Positions 23,301-32,017 of a DNA stretch of 64,000 bases are shown here, piece by piece. Below the pieces are notes generated by a model. The model was not told the origin of the DNA, made no database searches, and saw only the letters and a program-made list of their open reading frames with translations. Each line of letters opens with the position of its first letter. Position 1 is the first letter of the stretch. The stretch is from Thecamonas trahens ATCC 50062 (lineage: Eukaryota > Protista > Apusomonadida), in assembly GCF_000142905.1 (NCBI RefSeq), contig NW_013657664.1, forward strand, positions 62,001 to 126,000, in the 5' to 3' direction. Position numbers and translations under genes: made by a program.

Positions 23301-23646
23301 CTACTCGATGCCAGCGCCGATCGTCCGCAACCGCCCCTCCTACTCGTACTCGACCACGCCGTCTTCGTATCTCTCCTACTCGTCCGATGGAGACGGCGGC
23401 AACGAGCACGACCCACGCTCGCAGACGAATGCGAACCAGCCGCATGCCTCGGACTACTCGGACTTCTACTCGTACTCGAACGACTATTCGAACGCCGTCG
23501 TCTACGTCAAGCCACAACTCGCCGACTATCACCAGAATCGCGGCCGCGCCGGCTTTTTCTCCTCGTTTGTATCCTTTGAGTGGGGCACAGACCTTGCGCG
23601 CACCCGATCGCGGCCCATGCTTGCCCGCACGCCGAGCAGGCGCTAG
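20347..23646 (+). CDS. N-terminally anchored PDZ + multi-LIM domain protein
   Basis: N-terminal TM (WWLAVGVAAGLTCLVAVGYAIV); PDZ (GVVLTRVNSCSAAHRAGLRKGDVI); LIM signatures CxxC..HxxCxxCxxC (three clear, one degenerate). Confidence 0.75.
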   Translation: MDMSAWWLAVGVAAGLTCLVAVGYAIVASLRPRHARLARHTTTTTTTTTTGTTSTACVSPPGLPLLPHALRGALPLPVLPPSAEPQVAPAIAHARLARSTVAYDSRYTDDIVPALILPPLRDSHVRRLVDLLTPQPLQRPRSSVPSSAPRSSPPSSSSSSSDSSSHPESGSSESEPGSVPGAHRGTSVLRSESRQGSRGIGDSSGSTTSHESSCASSISGHERASSLQPQRSPDIVDDEAAAVLSAMRAARSKSASLASLNGAKDRPSIGVPAAPQKHVQEARAALSAARTTLGVIANPQATGVVLTRVNSCSAAHRAGLRKGDVIKYVDIFPRDDEDAVLDRIISHDPLELLNSSIHIGPEPESVSIAVRSHSDLRNLLDITFPGEHQRFHIIRYAEDVVVDVVFGAKGMTMQKVADYRSAAGDRWVHAMEAKKKPVDYATLFTRAAYTAEREEMHTSSSDSRELIRSLSGSIQPLATDSLARNSAAADVAQHALGGELFAEARSLGELSHSIAASMLTDASLTCLLDELLVRDLNSLGFKPYVSRLSARGAERRARFIIGGIPVHLRVSPTRHRMLDVAEIDAQISTGRAASPTRPPSVLETRTAFRAPSGVHTSGLDDTLPWKTWADFVADHMAEFITDSTLCTGCGRVFPPNSEVLMVCGLPYHVPCARCLECQRPLQETGVVPPPPFPAAHPDAAGDEVVRPDPGALFAPAVRSRLATTAPSRAHAHGRSVGLYCPSDWFFKFGTKCARCAVTVTDSQHVVALRRLWHAECWKCTACDVAFTRDARVAAHSAQPARPRPDLSRSLLPVHVSPTISGLGPCLGLRAPDAPAHAWPLLPFCEDCSDALACAACNGVASPTGGPDPLLTVTLLDSLPTTSPLRNSNSDEEAPPVAGPGPVSSKLHASCFMALVEEIDSGERPQCVACGQPCLDGIDALGGLFHRKCFTCANCKLPVDFDECFVFRGVPYCSRRLCKATVPTSIYSMPAPIVRNRPSYSYSTTPSSYLSYSSDGDGGNEHDPRSQTNANQPHASDYSDFYSYSNDYSNAVVYVKPQLADYHQNRGRAGFFSSFVSFEWGTDLARTRSRPMLARTPSRR

Positions 23647-23941
23647 TCTTCACCACTCACCACTCTCCGTGCTGCCTGATGGTCTCCCATGCTGACACTG
23701 AACAAAACTACATACCCCCCCCCCCCCATCCTTTCCACCGCTTGCATCTATCCGAGCCAGATCGCGTCAGCTCGTCACGCTGACGGCCCAGCGCAGCCAA
23801 AAATGCCACATGTAATGCTAACCTGCCCAAACTCGACCTCTCTCGCACCACACCAGCCCACTCTTCTGCACCCGTGACACCTCAACTCGACGACCTCCGC
23901 CTCAACAGCGTTCTCATCTCGACTGACTCACCTCTTTAGCC

Positions 23942-25387
23942 ATGTCGGCCACCAAGCCGGTGGACGAGTCGTGGCCGCTCGAGAATGACGTTCTGTGGTT
24001 GCAAGCCGAAATGGCAGCGCTCGGCGAAGAGGGAAAGGAGCGTCTGGAACAGCTGTCAAGGGCAGAGTCCGCAGCGCTATCCAACTCTTGTGAGCTGGCG
24101 GTGGATGATCTGTTGCTGGATGCACTTGCTGATGACTCGGTCATATCGTCGAGCTTTGAGGACTTGCACGTCGCTGCTCTTGGCGTTGCCTTGGATGACC
24201 TCATCCTCGAGCTTCGCCATCCTGAGTTTGGTCTGGAGATCAAGAAACGGACGTATCATCTGCGCAAGTACCACGACTGCTTTGTGGGCTCGGAGGCGGT
24301 GGACTGGATGCTTGAGCGGTATGGCGGTGTGGTGGCATCTCGGGAAGATGCTGTCGTTTTCCTTCAGCGCTTGGTCGACATCAAAGTCATTCGCCACGTC
24401 TGCGACGATCACCCGCTCCGCGACGGCTACTTCTTTTACCGTTTCCTCGTGGACGACGCAAGCTACTCGCTCAACACTGCGCGTGTGGTGTCGTCGATGG
24501 AGACAGAGCCGCTCAGCCTCATCACTAACCTGCGGAAGACCCTGCAGCGGATTTACGGCAACTACCTCCTCGACGACGGCTTGCTGAATCTCGATGCATT
24601 GGCGGCTTCGCCCTCGTTTGCGCACTTTCAAGACAACGTCGCCGAGCTTCAGTCGCTGCAGCTCAACACGCTCACCACCCAAGAGCGCACAACGTTCTTC
24701 ATCAACACTTACAACATACTTGTCGTCCACGCCGCTATTGTGTACGGGCACCCCACCAACCGGTTCCAGCGTGCATGGTTCTTCTCCAAGCCGCACTATC
24801 TCATCGACGGGCATGTCTTCTCACTCTCTGTCATCGAGCACGGCATTCTCCGCGCCAATACCAAGGCGCCCGGCGCGCTCCGCGCTCCGCTGCGCCAGGA
24901 TGATCCGCGGCTTGCCTATGCCTGCGACGGCGTTGACCCGCGCATCCACTTTGCACTCAACTGCGGCGCGATCTCCTGCCCGCCCATCCGCGTCTACCTC
25001 CCGCACAACGTCGAGGCTGCCCTCGAGCTCTCGGCGCACAGTTTCTGCGAGCATGAGGCTTGGGTGGTGTCACTGGCCAGCGAGCGCGGCGCTGCCGCCG
25101 GTGCCACTGGCAAAGACGACGCCTTGCTCGATGCGTCGGACCACGATGCCGTTTTCGCCGCCAACCCGATGACCCTGCCATCGCCAGCTTCGCGATATGG
25201 TGTTTCGCTCTCCAAGCTCTTCTCGTGGTACAACTCGGACTTTGCCACGTCGGACAGAGAGCTCCTTCTCTTCATCGCCCGCTACGTCAACGACATCCGC
25301 GCTGCTGTCCTCCACAATCTTGCTACAACCGGCAACTACAAGATCAAGTACCGCAACTACAACTGGACGGCCAACATCCGTGGTTGA
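23942..25387 (+). CDS. DEP domain + DUF547 protein
   Basis: DEP (RTYHLRKYHDCFVGSEAVDWM..FYRF) and DUF547 (FFINTYNILVVHA, IEHGILR, DPRIHFALNCGAISCPPI, SKLFSWY, YNW). Confidence 0.9.
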   Translation: MSATKPVDESWPLENDVLWLQAEMAALGEEGKERLEQLSRAESAALSNSCELAVDDLLLDALADDSVISSSFEDLHVAALGVALDDLILELRHPEFGLEIKKRTYHLRKYHDCFVGSEAVDWMLERYGGVVASREDAVVFLQRLVDIKVIRHVCDDHPLRDGYFFYRFLVDDASYSLNTARVVSSMETEPLSLITNLRKTLQRIYGNYLLDDGLLNLDALAASPSFAHFQDNVAELQSLQLNTLTTQERTTFFINTYNILVVHAAIVYGHPTNRFQRAWFFSKPHYLIDGHVFSLSVIEHGILRANTKAPGALRAPLRQDDPRLAYACDGVDPRIHFALNCGAISCPPIRVYLPHNVEAALELSAHSFCEHEAWVVSLASERGAAAGATGKDDALLDASDHDAVFAANPMTLPSPASRYGVSLSKLFSWYNSDFATSDRELLLFIARYVNDIRAAVLHNLATTGNYKIKYRNYNWTANIRG

Positions 25388-25536
25388 TGGTTGATGCACC
25401 ACACGCTCCATTTGCCAACCCGAGGCGTGATTGCGGTCGATCACGGCGAGCACCTTTCAATATCAAACCACTCCTTCCCCCCGTACGTGCCTGCGCCCCG
25501 CGCCTCCCGCCAACGTCCCACCACCTCTCTCAAACC

Positions 25537-26735
25537 ATGTCGCTCCGGCTCGACGACCTGACTTCCAGCCGAGGGTGGATCCAAGGCGGGGTACGTACCT
25601 CTCACATTTCCCTCACTCGCAGTCTCTAGCCAGTTTGTTACTGCCACACTCATTGGGCTATCTGCGTGTGTGCGGTGCGGCGGAGCAGGAGACAGTGCCG
25701 TCGCTACGGGCCGGGTCGGCTGGGAGCCGGCGGCGGGAACGGACTGGCGCTCAGACACCACCGCCGGGTTTGGGAGCTGCTGACAGGGAGAGAGCCGAGC
25801 TAGTAGAGGTTGATCTGGGAGGATTGGGAGGAGTATGGATTGCTACGCTGGGATCATGTCTCAAGTCGCTTGTGGCTGCTATGTGGAGAGCGTATCAGAA
25901 GAGAGCACGTCGTGTCCATGCCGAGCATGTCTTGCAGCAGATCAGGGGCCGGATGGAGGTAGCGGATCCAGTCCTCCTCGCTCTCGTCCAAGACTTGCAT
26001 GAGGTGTGCAGCGCAGGGCTGGATGCGGTGGCGCATGTGGCTCCACTGGCTACCTCGTCGCCGATGGGCTTTCTTGGCGTCATTACCCTCGGCGAGCGGA
26101 AGGCCTGGCTGGCCAAGGTTGCGGATGCTGATCATGTCGAGCGGGCCCCATCCGCGAGGGCCTACTGCGTCCGCGTCGGCAACGCATGGGTTGATGTCCT
26201 CCTCTTGACCCTCGAGTGCAAGTTGAGGGAGGCGCGATCGTTTGTGGCGTCGTCACGGAAAAAGTCGCTTGCTGGCGCTCTGCGTAGCCTTGAGACCTGG
26301 GCCGCCGAAGTTCACACCTCGCTCGCCTCGGCGCGTATCGAGTCCGCTGTCGACGAGGCCCTCGGCGATGCCGACGCTGAGGTGGAAAAGGCAGCAAGCC
26401 CGAGTCCGGTGCCGACCGCGATGCCATCGACTGTGCTGTCGGCGAGTCGGGAGCAGACGCCCGCCACGCCACCACCAGTTCCGGCGTTGCCCAGCTCGCC
26501 GATCCTAGCTGTGCTTTCGACTCGCAGCGAGGTGACGCCGCTTCAGTCGGTGGAGGAGATTGAGGGCTGGATAGCGGCCGGCGAAGCCAACCGCGAGGCA
26601 ATGCAGGCCGAGGGCGTGACGGCGACCGCGGCGCTCAAAGTGTGGCGGGAGGAGCAAGCCCGCGCAGCGGTGCTGCGGGCGACGCTGGCACATATTGCAG
26701 GAGAGCTGCGACAGCTGCAAACCGACGGCAAGTGA
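25537..26735 (+). CDS. Hypothetical helical/coiled-coil protein; exon 1 25537-25590
   Basis: ATG exon ends at a GTACGT donor (25591), with in-frame acceptors at 25622 or 25688. Long ORF with a C-terminal coiled coil. Confidence 0.55.
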
Positions 26736-26745
26736 GAAGCTTGTT

Positions 26746-28293
26746 TTACTTGCGCGCCTTAAAGGCGAACTTGGTGGCCTTGAATCGCTCAAGGATGCTC
26801 TGGGCGAGCGCGGGTTCCGGTGACTTGGATCGGACGACGGGCGCTAGCGAGGCGTCAACCTTGCCGGTCGCAAGTAGCTTGTCGATCAGGTCCGTGGCGT
26901 GACTGGCAACAGCAGTGCGGAGCGGGGCATTGTCTCGGGCGGCGGGGTCGACTCGGGAATCAGCCAGAAGAAGCTCGACGACGTCGGCGTGGCCGAGGCG
27001 AACAGCCTCGCAGATGGCCTGATTGTCGCGGGCGGTTGGGTCGACCCGCTCGTCGGCGAGGAAGAGTGGGATTACCGACGCGGCGCCATGAGCCACAGCT
27101 GAGAGCAGGGGCTCGTTGTCGCGAACGGCCGGGTCGATCCGGGCATCAGCAAGAAGAATGGCGATGATGCCGACCGCCCCGGTTCTGGCGGCAAGCCGCA
27201 GAACGAGACAGTTGCGTTCAGCCGGATCAACGCCGCCATCGGCAAGGAGGGCGGCGACAGCCTTGTCGGCGCCAAGCTTGGCGAGAGCACACAGTACATT
27301 CGAGGTCTTGTAAAGCAGCGGAGCAAACCGCTCGGATGAGACGAGCGCACGGGCAACGCGGGAATGGCCCAGCGACATAGCAAGCTCAAATGCGGAGTTG
27401 TACACCTTTTGCGAGTACTCGACGTCATCGAGAGTAAGCAGATGGGAGACACACAAGAGCGCACCGTCCTCAACCGCCGCACACAAAAGACGACCGTGGT
27501 TGACGGACATATGATCGGTGAGAGGAAGCAGAGTGGAAAACGCAGAGATAGCATCCATAGAAAAGGGGCGTCTCAGATAGGTGTGGCTCGTGAGTACCTG
27601 GCGAGCGTTCAGGCAAGACGAAAGGGCAGCGTTGATGACAGCAGGCGATCCCGAGTCGACGATGCACTTGACCACAATCGAGTGGGCGGTTTGCAGCTCA
27701 AGGCCCACAGCGCTGGCCAGAATGGTAAAGAGTGAGACACAGCCCTTGCGAGCAACCAAGGCGGTTGCGATGCTCAAGTCTCTTGCGACCTTTGGCGAGG
27801 TGGTGTCGATGGACGACAGGACCTGGTTGAGCAGTTCGTTGCGAGCGGCATCGACATTGTCCGCTCCCTTACTCTTTGCCGAGCTTACAGCATGCTGGGC
27901 AATGGACCAAACAACGGCGATACCAGGGCGATCCGAGACTGATTTGCAGACCGAGGCAAAGACAGACTGATCATCATCAGGAGAGATCTCGCTAAGATCG
28001 AGACGCGCCATGGGAGTCTGAAGCGCAGTCGCAGCCATCAGCTCACTCTGACGCAACATCCATGACACACATCGGTACCTCTCCCACTCCAAGTTGTTCG
28101 TCAGTCCAGCCATGGCAAACCACTTGTTTTCAAAGAACGGATCATGGAGAACGGTGTGAAAGTGCTTGGAGGTGGCCGAAAGCGCCGCCATGTCTTTCGC
28201 CCGCAGCACCTTGCTCTCCACCACAATCCGATGCAGGACCTCCGGAGGCATGTCTTTCAGCGATGTACAGCCTGTGCTTCCGTCTGTCGACAT
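26746..28293 (-). CDS. F-box + ankyrin-repeat protein
   Basis: SLKDMPPEVLHRIV F-box; C-terminal ankyrin repeats with a recurring VDPAARDN consensus. Confidence 0.82.
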   Translation of the reverse strand: MSTDGSTGCTSLKDMPPEVLHRIVVESKVLRAKDMAALSATSKHFHTVLHDPFFENKWFAMAGLTNNLEWERYRCVSWMLRQSELMAATALQTPMARLDLSEISPDDDQSVFASVCKSVSDRPGIAVVWSIAQHAVSSAKSKGADNVDAARNELLNQVLSSIDTTSPKVARDLSIATALVARKGCVSLFTILASAVGLELQTAHSIVVKCIVDSGSPAVINAALSSCLNARQVLTSHTYLRRPFSMDAISAFSTLLPLTDHMSVNHGRLLCAAVEDGALLCVSHLLTLDDVEYSQKVYNSAFELAMSLGHSRVARALVSSERFAPLLYKTSNVLCALAKLGADKAVAALLADGGVDPAERNCLVLRLAARTGAVGIIAILLADARIDPAVRDNEPLLSAVAHGAASVIPLFLADERVDPTARDNQAICEAVRLGHADVVELLLADSRVDPAARDNAPLRTAVASHATDLIDKLLATGKVDASLAPVVRSKSPEPALAQSILERFKATKFAFKARK

Positions 28294-28517
28294 GATGATG
28301 GTGATGAAGATGGAGGGGGGTGGGTGGGGGTGGGGGGGTGGGGGGGGGGGGGGGGTGGGGGTGACGGTAGGGAGAGGTGGTGGTGGGTGCACGGACACGA
28401 GGAAGAGCAGGCCGGTCACAGGGTGTAGGAGCGGGTGGTCATCGGTTTGGAACGGATCGGGTGTACGGGGTGCCGATGGGCGGGGTATTGGGGTTAGTGA
28501 TGATCAAGTTGGGGCTT

Positions 28518-28547
28518 GGATGGATGGATGGATGGATGGAAGGATGG

Positions 28548-28596
<49 letters not shown>
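28518..28596 (+). repeat. (GGAT)n and (GT)n microsatellites
   Basis: Direct inspection; lies in a divergent intergenic region. Confidence 0.95.
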
Positions 28597-28597
<1 letters not shown>

Positions 28598-29085
28598 TCC
28601 CGGGGTAGTGGTAGGGGGTGATGCGTGCGATGTGGGCGATGTGGGCGGTGGAACAGTTACAGAGCGACAAGGAACGAGATGAAAGACAACATACCGATGG
28701 ATATCTTCTTGAGAAGACTGCCTTGCTGAGTGTGGCATTGTTGTCGGCAGCTCGAATGCGATCATCCGCACAAGTCGGCGATCGGAAGGCAAGTGATGCC
28801 ATGCCATGCCGTGCGATGCGACGAGCTACATCACGATGCAAGGCGATGACGTAAGGGCATATGGCATTAAAATGAGGGAGAATATATGGATGTGTGTGTT
28901 TGTGTGTGTGTGTGTGTGTGGGGGGGGGTTGTGTCGATCGCCGACTCGGCCAAGTCCATTGCTTGACCATGTCCGCCACCAACGCTGCAGCACACGTCGC
29001 CCGCCTCCGTCTCAGCCTCAGCCTCAACCACAGCTACAGACAGACCTCTCTCCAGGTTTCCAAAGACGGAGAGGAGGGAGCACAT

Positions 29086-31977
29086 ATGGCTGCGACACAG
29101 GCAGTGTGGACGGGAAACGAGACCGGGAGCGAGTCTGGCTCTGCGACCATATCTGGTGGTGAAGTTAGCGGTGGTAGCGGTGACATCGGTGGTGGTGGCG
29201 GTGGCGGTGGTGGCCGAGGTCGTGGTCGTCCGAGTCGCACAGGTGATGGAGGAGGAGGAGGAGGGAGTGCTATCATGGCGCGCCTTGTGGGTGATGGGGA
29301 TTGGAGTGGTCATGAGTATGATCTGGTGGTCGGTCGGAATACTGTACTGAGAGCTGCGCAAGATGGTGATGATGATGATGTGAGTAGGGTCAAGGCGGAA
29401 GTGGCCAAGCTGCCTGTCACTGATGCTATCGTTGCTGTGGCTGACATACAGATCTCCCGTCCACATGCCTGCATCATGGTGGGTGCGAATGGGAGAAGGG
29501 TGTACATCGAAGACCTTGGCTCTCTCAATGGCACTTGGGCAGCTGCCGATCCCATGTCGGATGCCATGGAGAAGCTCGATCTCCGCGTCCGTTACGTCTT
29601 CTACTTTCCACCCGACGACGACGAGGGCATCCGCATCCGCTTTGGTACCATGAAGATGCGCATCCTGAAAGGCTCTGGTCGCCGAGTTGCCTTTGCCTCG
29701 GACGTCGGACTCAAAGGGCTTGGAAGCTCCGACGTCGGTGGCGCCAAGCGCGACGACAACCACCACAACGACGACGACGTCATTGAGGACGACGATGATG
29801 GGGAGGATAGTGATGCCACTCTCTCTGCAGAGCCCGAGCTCGAGCCCAAGTCAGGCTTGCACAGTCAGCCCCCCACTGCAGCTGGCAACGCCGACGCCGA
29901 CGCCGAGATCGACGAGACTCTGGCTACGCTCCCGGTCACCCATACGGGCGAGCCGCGTGCAGTCTCACCGACCCTGCTCGTCGCTTCGCCACCCAGATCA
30001 CCGTCCCCGACCCTGCTCGTCGCTTCGCCACCTAGACCGCCGTCCCCTACCTTGCTCATCGCTTCGCCACCCAGACCACCGTCGCCGACGGTGCCCGTAG
30101 CCTCGCCACCCAGACAACCGTCGCCGACGGTGCCCATAGCGTCGCCACCCAGACAACCGTCGCCGACGGTGCGCGCTGTCTCGCCCACAATGTGCGCAGC
30201 GTCACCAATTGTCGATGATGACGATGAGTCGACCACGGACGCAGGCACTGCTCCCATGCCACAGGTTCCGACCACCGGCAGCAAATCCGAGAGCGGCTCG
30301 GATGCCACCGTTGGTGACGGTGACTCGGTTGGGGCACTGCTAATTCCGATGGACTGCCCGCCGCCGTCGCAGCCGTCATCGCTGATCCACGCTGCTTCGC
30401 ACTCGGTTGTCATCTCAGATGAGTCGTCGGACATTGCGCTTGGTGACAATGACGGCTCGGTCACCGACGATGGACAAACCGGCTCCGATTCGGAGGCCAA
30501 CGCGTCGTCCGAAGCACCGCCGCTGGTGGGCCCAGGCGCCGACTCGGAGGTGACACTTACGATGCATGCAGCAACGGCGTCGATTGGCTCGGCGGCCGGT
30601 GGCGTGCCGGCGCCGCCAGCGAAGCCGCAGCGGTCGAGACGGCGAGTCATCACCGACACGCTCGACATGGACGACGAGAGCGATGAGAGCGACAGCAGCG
30701 CGACCGCCGGCGGTGCTGACCGCGCCGCTGCAACCACTGAGGCTGTTGCTATGGACCTCGTGACATCCGACGCTGCACTCGACACCGATGATGAGACCAC
30801 AGACGGCGGCGAGGAAGGCTCTACCACGGCCCCGGCTGACGCAATAACCGTCTCGTCGACTGCGGCTGTCGGCACCGACCTCGCGACCTCCAACGCTGCC
30901 GTCGACAAGGATGCCGAGATCGCGAGCAGCGGCGCGGAAGACACTACCACTGATTCGGTGGATGATGTCGCTGCTGCAGAATCCATCGTCATTCTGCCGG
31001 CTGTCGATCCTCCGCCGCCACCTGCCGACCCCTCACCTGCGCCACCGGCGTCGGTGGCAGACGCGTTTGCGGCCGTGGCAGGCGACCTCTCCACTCCCCC
31101 CTCCTCCCTCACGGTGGCCAAGCTCAAGGCCGTCTGCACCGCCGCTGGCCTCTCCACCACCGGCCGCAAGGCAGATCTCGTCTCACGTGTTGCTGCTGCC
31201 CTCCCAGCGGCCGCTGCCCCGGCGTCCGATCCCACGGCTGGGCCCAAGCGCAAGCGCAAGCGGTCGAAAAAGGCGTCGCCGCCTCCCAGAGCGCCGCGGG
31301 CCAAGCGGGCCAAGCGGGCCAAGCCGAACGCGCCGGCTGTGTCCAAGTCCCAGGCCACCACGACAGTGGCGGCGTCGCCAGCTGCCACTTCATCGTCAGC
31401 GGCAATCGCCGTCATGCTGACCGGCATCACTGACTCGGAGGCAGAGCGCATGGTTGCATCGCTCGGTGGGAGCATGGCGACTGAGCCAGCCGGTGCCACC
31501 CACCTCATCACCGACAAGGTTCGGAGGACGGCCAAGTTTATGGCTTGCCTCGCGCGCGGCGTCCCCATTGTGTCGGACAAGTGGCTCGATGACTCGTTCC
31601 GTGCCGGCCACGCCCTCGCCGCCGACACCTACATCCTTCGCGATCGCCCTGCCGAGCGCAAGTTTGGCTTCAAGTTGCAAGACTCACTCGCTGCCGCCGC
31701 CGCTCATAATCTCTTTGGCGGCCTCTGTGTCTATGTCACGCCCAGGACTGTGCCGCCGCCGGCCATGCTCCACGACATCATCATCGTGACCGGAGGCACG
31801 GTTTGCAAGAGCAAGGCGGCGGCGCTGCGGAGCGCGGCGACAATTGTTGTCGCCTGCGATGCCGACGCCGCCTTTGCCGCCAAGGCCGCCTCCAAGGGCC
31901 ACACGGTTGTCTCGTCTGAGTTCGTACTCTCGGGCCTGTTGCGCTACAAGCTCGAGGCGGAGGCCTTTGCGATGTAA
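29086..31977 (+). CDS. MDC1: MDC1-like DNA-damage mediator (FHA, S/T-P repeats, SAP, tandem BRCT)
   Basis: MAATQA start resembles MDC1 MEDTQA. FHA: VGRN..ISRPHA..EDLGSLNGT. SAP: LTVAKLKAVCTAAGLSTTGRKADLVSRV. BRCT: THLITDKVRRTAKFMACLARGVPIVSDKWL. Confidence 0.78.
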   Translation: MAATQAVWTGNETGSESGSATISGGEVSGGSGDIGGGGGGGGGRGRGRPSRTGDGGGGGGSAIMARLVGDGDWSGHEYDLVVGRNTVLRAAQDGDDDDVSRVKAEVAKLPVTDAIVAVADIQISRPHACIMVGANGRRVYIEDLGSLNGTWAAADPMSDAMEKLDLRVRYVFYFPPDDDEGIRIRFGTMKMRILKGSGRRVAFASDVGLKGLGSSDVGGAKRDDNHHNDDDVIEDDDDGEDSDATLSAEPELEPKSGLHSQPPTAAGNADADAEIDETLATLPVTHTGEPRAVSPTLLVASPPRSPSPTLLVASPPRPPSPTLLIASPPRPPSPTVPVASPPRQPSPTVPIASPPRQPSPTVRAVSPTMCAASPIVDDDDESTTDAGTAPMPQVPTTGSKSESGSDATVGDGDSVGALLIPMDCPPPSQPSSLIHAASHSVVISDESSDIALGDNDGSVTDDGQTGSDSEANASSEAPPLVGPGADSEVTLTMHAATASIGSAAGGVPAPPAKPQRSRRRVITDTLDMDDESDESDSSATAGGADRAAATTEAVAMDLVTSDAALDTDDETTDGGEEGSTTAPADAITVSSTAAVGTDLATSNAAVDKDAEIASSGAEDTTTDSVDDVAAAESIVILPAVDPPPPPADPSPAPPASVADAFAAVAGDLSTPPSSLTVAKLKAVCTAAGLSTTGRKADLVSRVAAALPAAAAPASDPTAGPKRKRKRSKKASPPPRAPRAKRAKRAKPNAPAVSKSQATTTVAASPAATSSSAAIAVMLTGITDSEAERMVASLGGSMATEPAGATHLITDKVRRTAKFMACLARGVPIVSDKWLDDSFRAGHALAADTYILRDRPAERKFGFKLQDSLAAAAAHNLFGGLCVYVTPRTVPPPAMLHDIIIVTGGTVCKSKAAALRSAATIVVACDADAAFAAKAASKGHTVVSSEFVLSGLLRYKLEAEAFAM
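29965..30207 (+). repeat. 39-nt coding tandem repeat (SPTLLVASPPRxP) x about 6
   Basis: Units begin at 29965, 30004, 30043, 30082, 30121 and 30160. Confidence 0.95.
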
Positions 31978-32017
31978 AGGCCGACTCTCGCTGCTTCGAC
32001 TCCGACCTTTAATCAAG

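Noticed and set aside
28518-28930. (GT)n/(CA)n tracts here and at 54540-54620, 61710-61750 and 62220-62260 as mobile elements
   Set aside because: Simple microsatellites without terminal repeats, target-site duplications or transposase/RT coding.
29865-31628. Long antisense ORFs (also 1245-2105, 48346-49911, 59037-60392 and others)
   Set aside because: Shadow frames of high-GC3 genes with no domain content.
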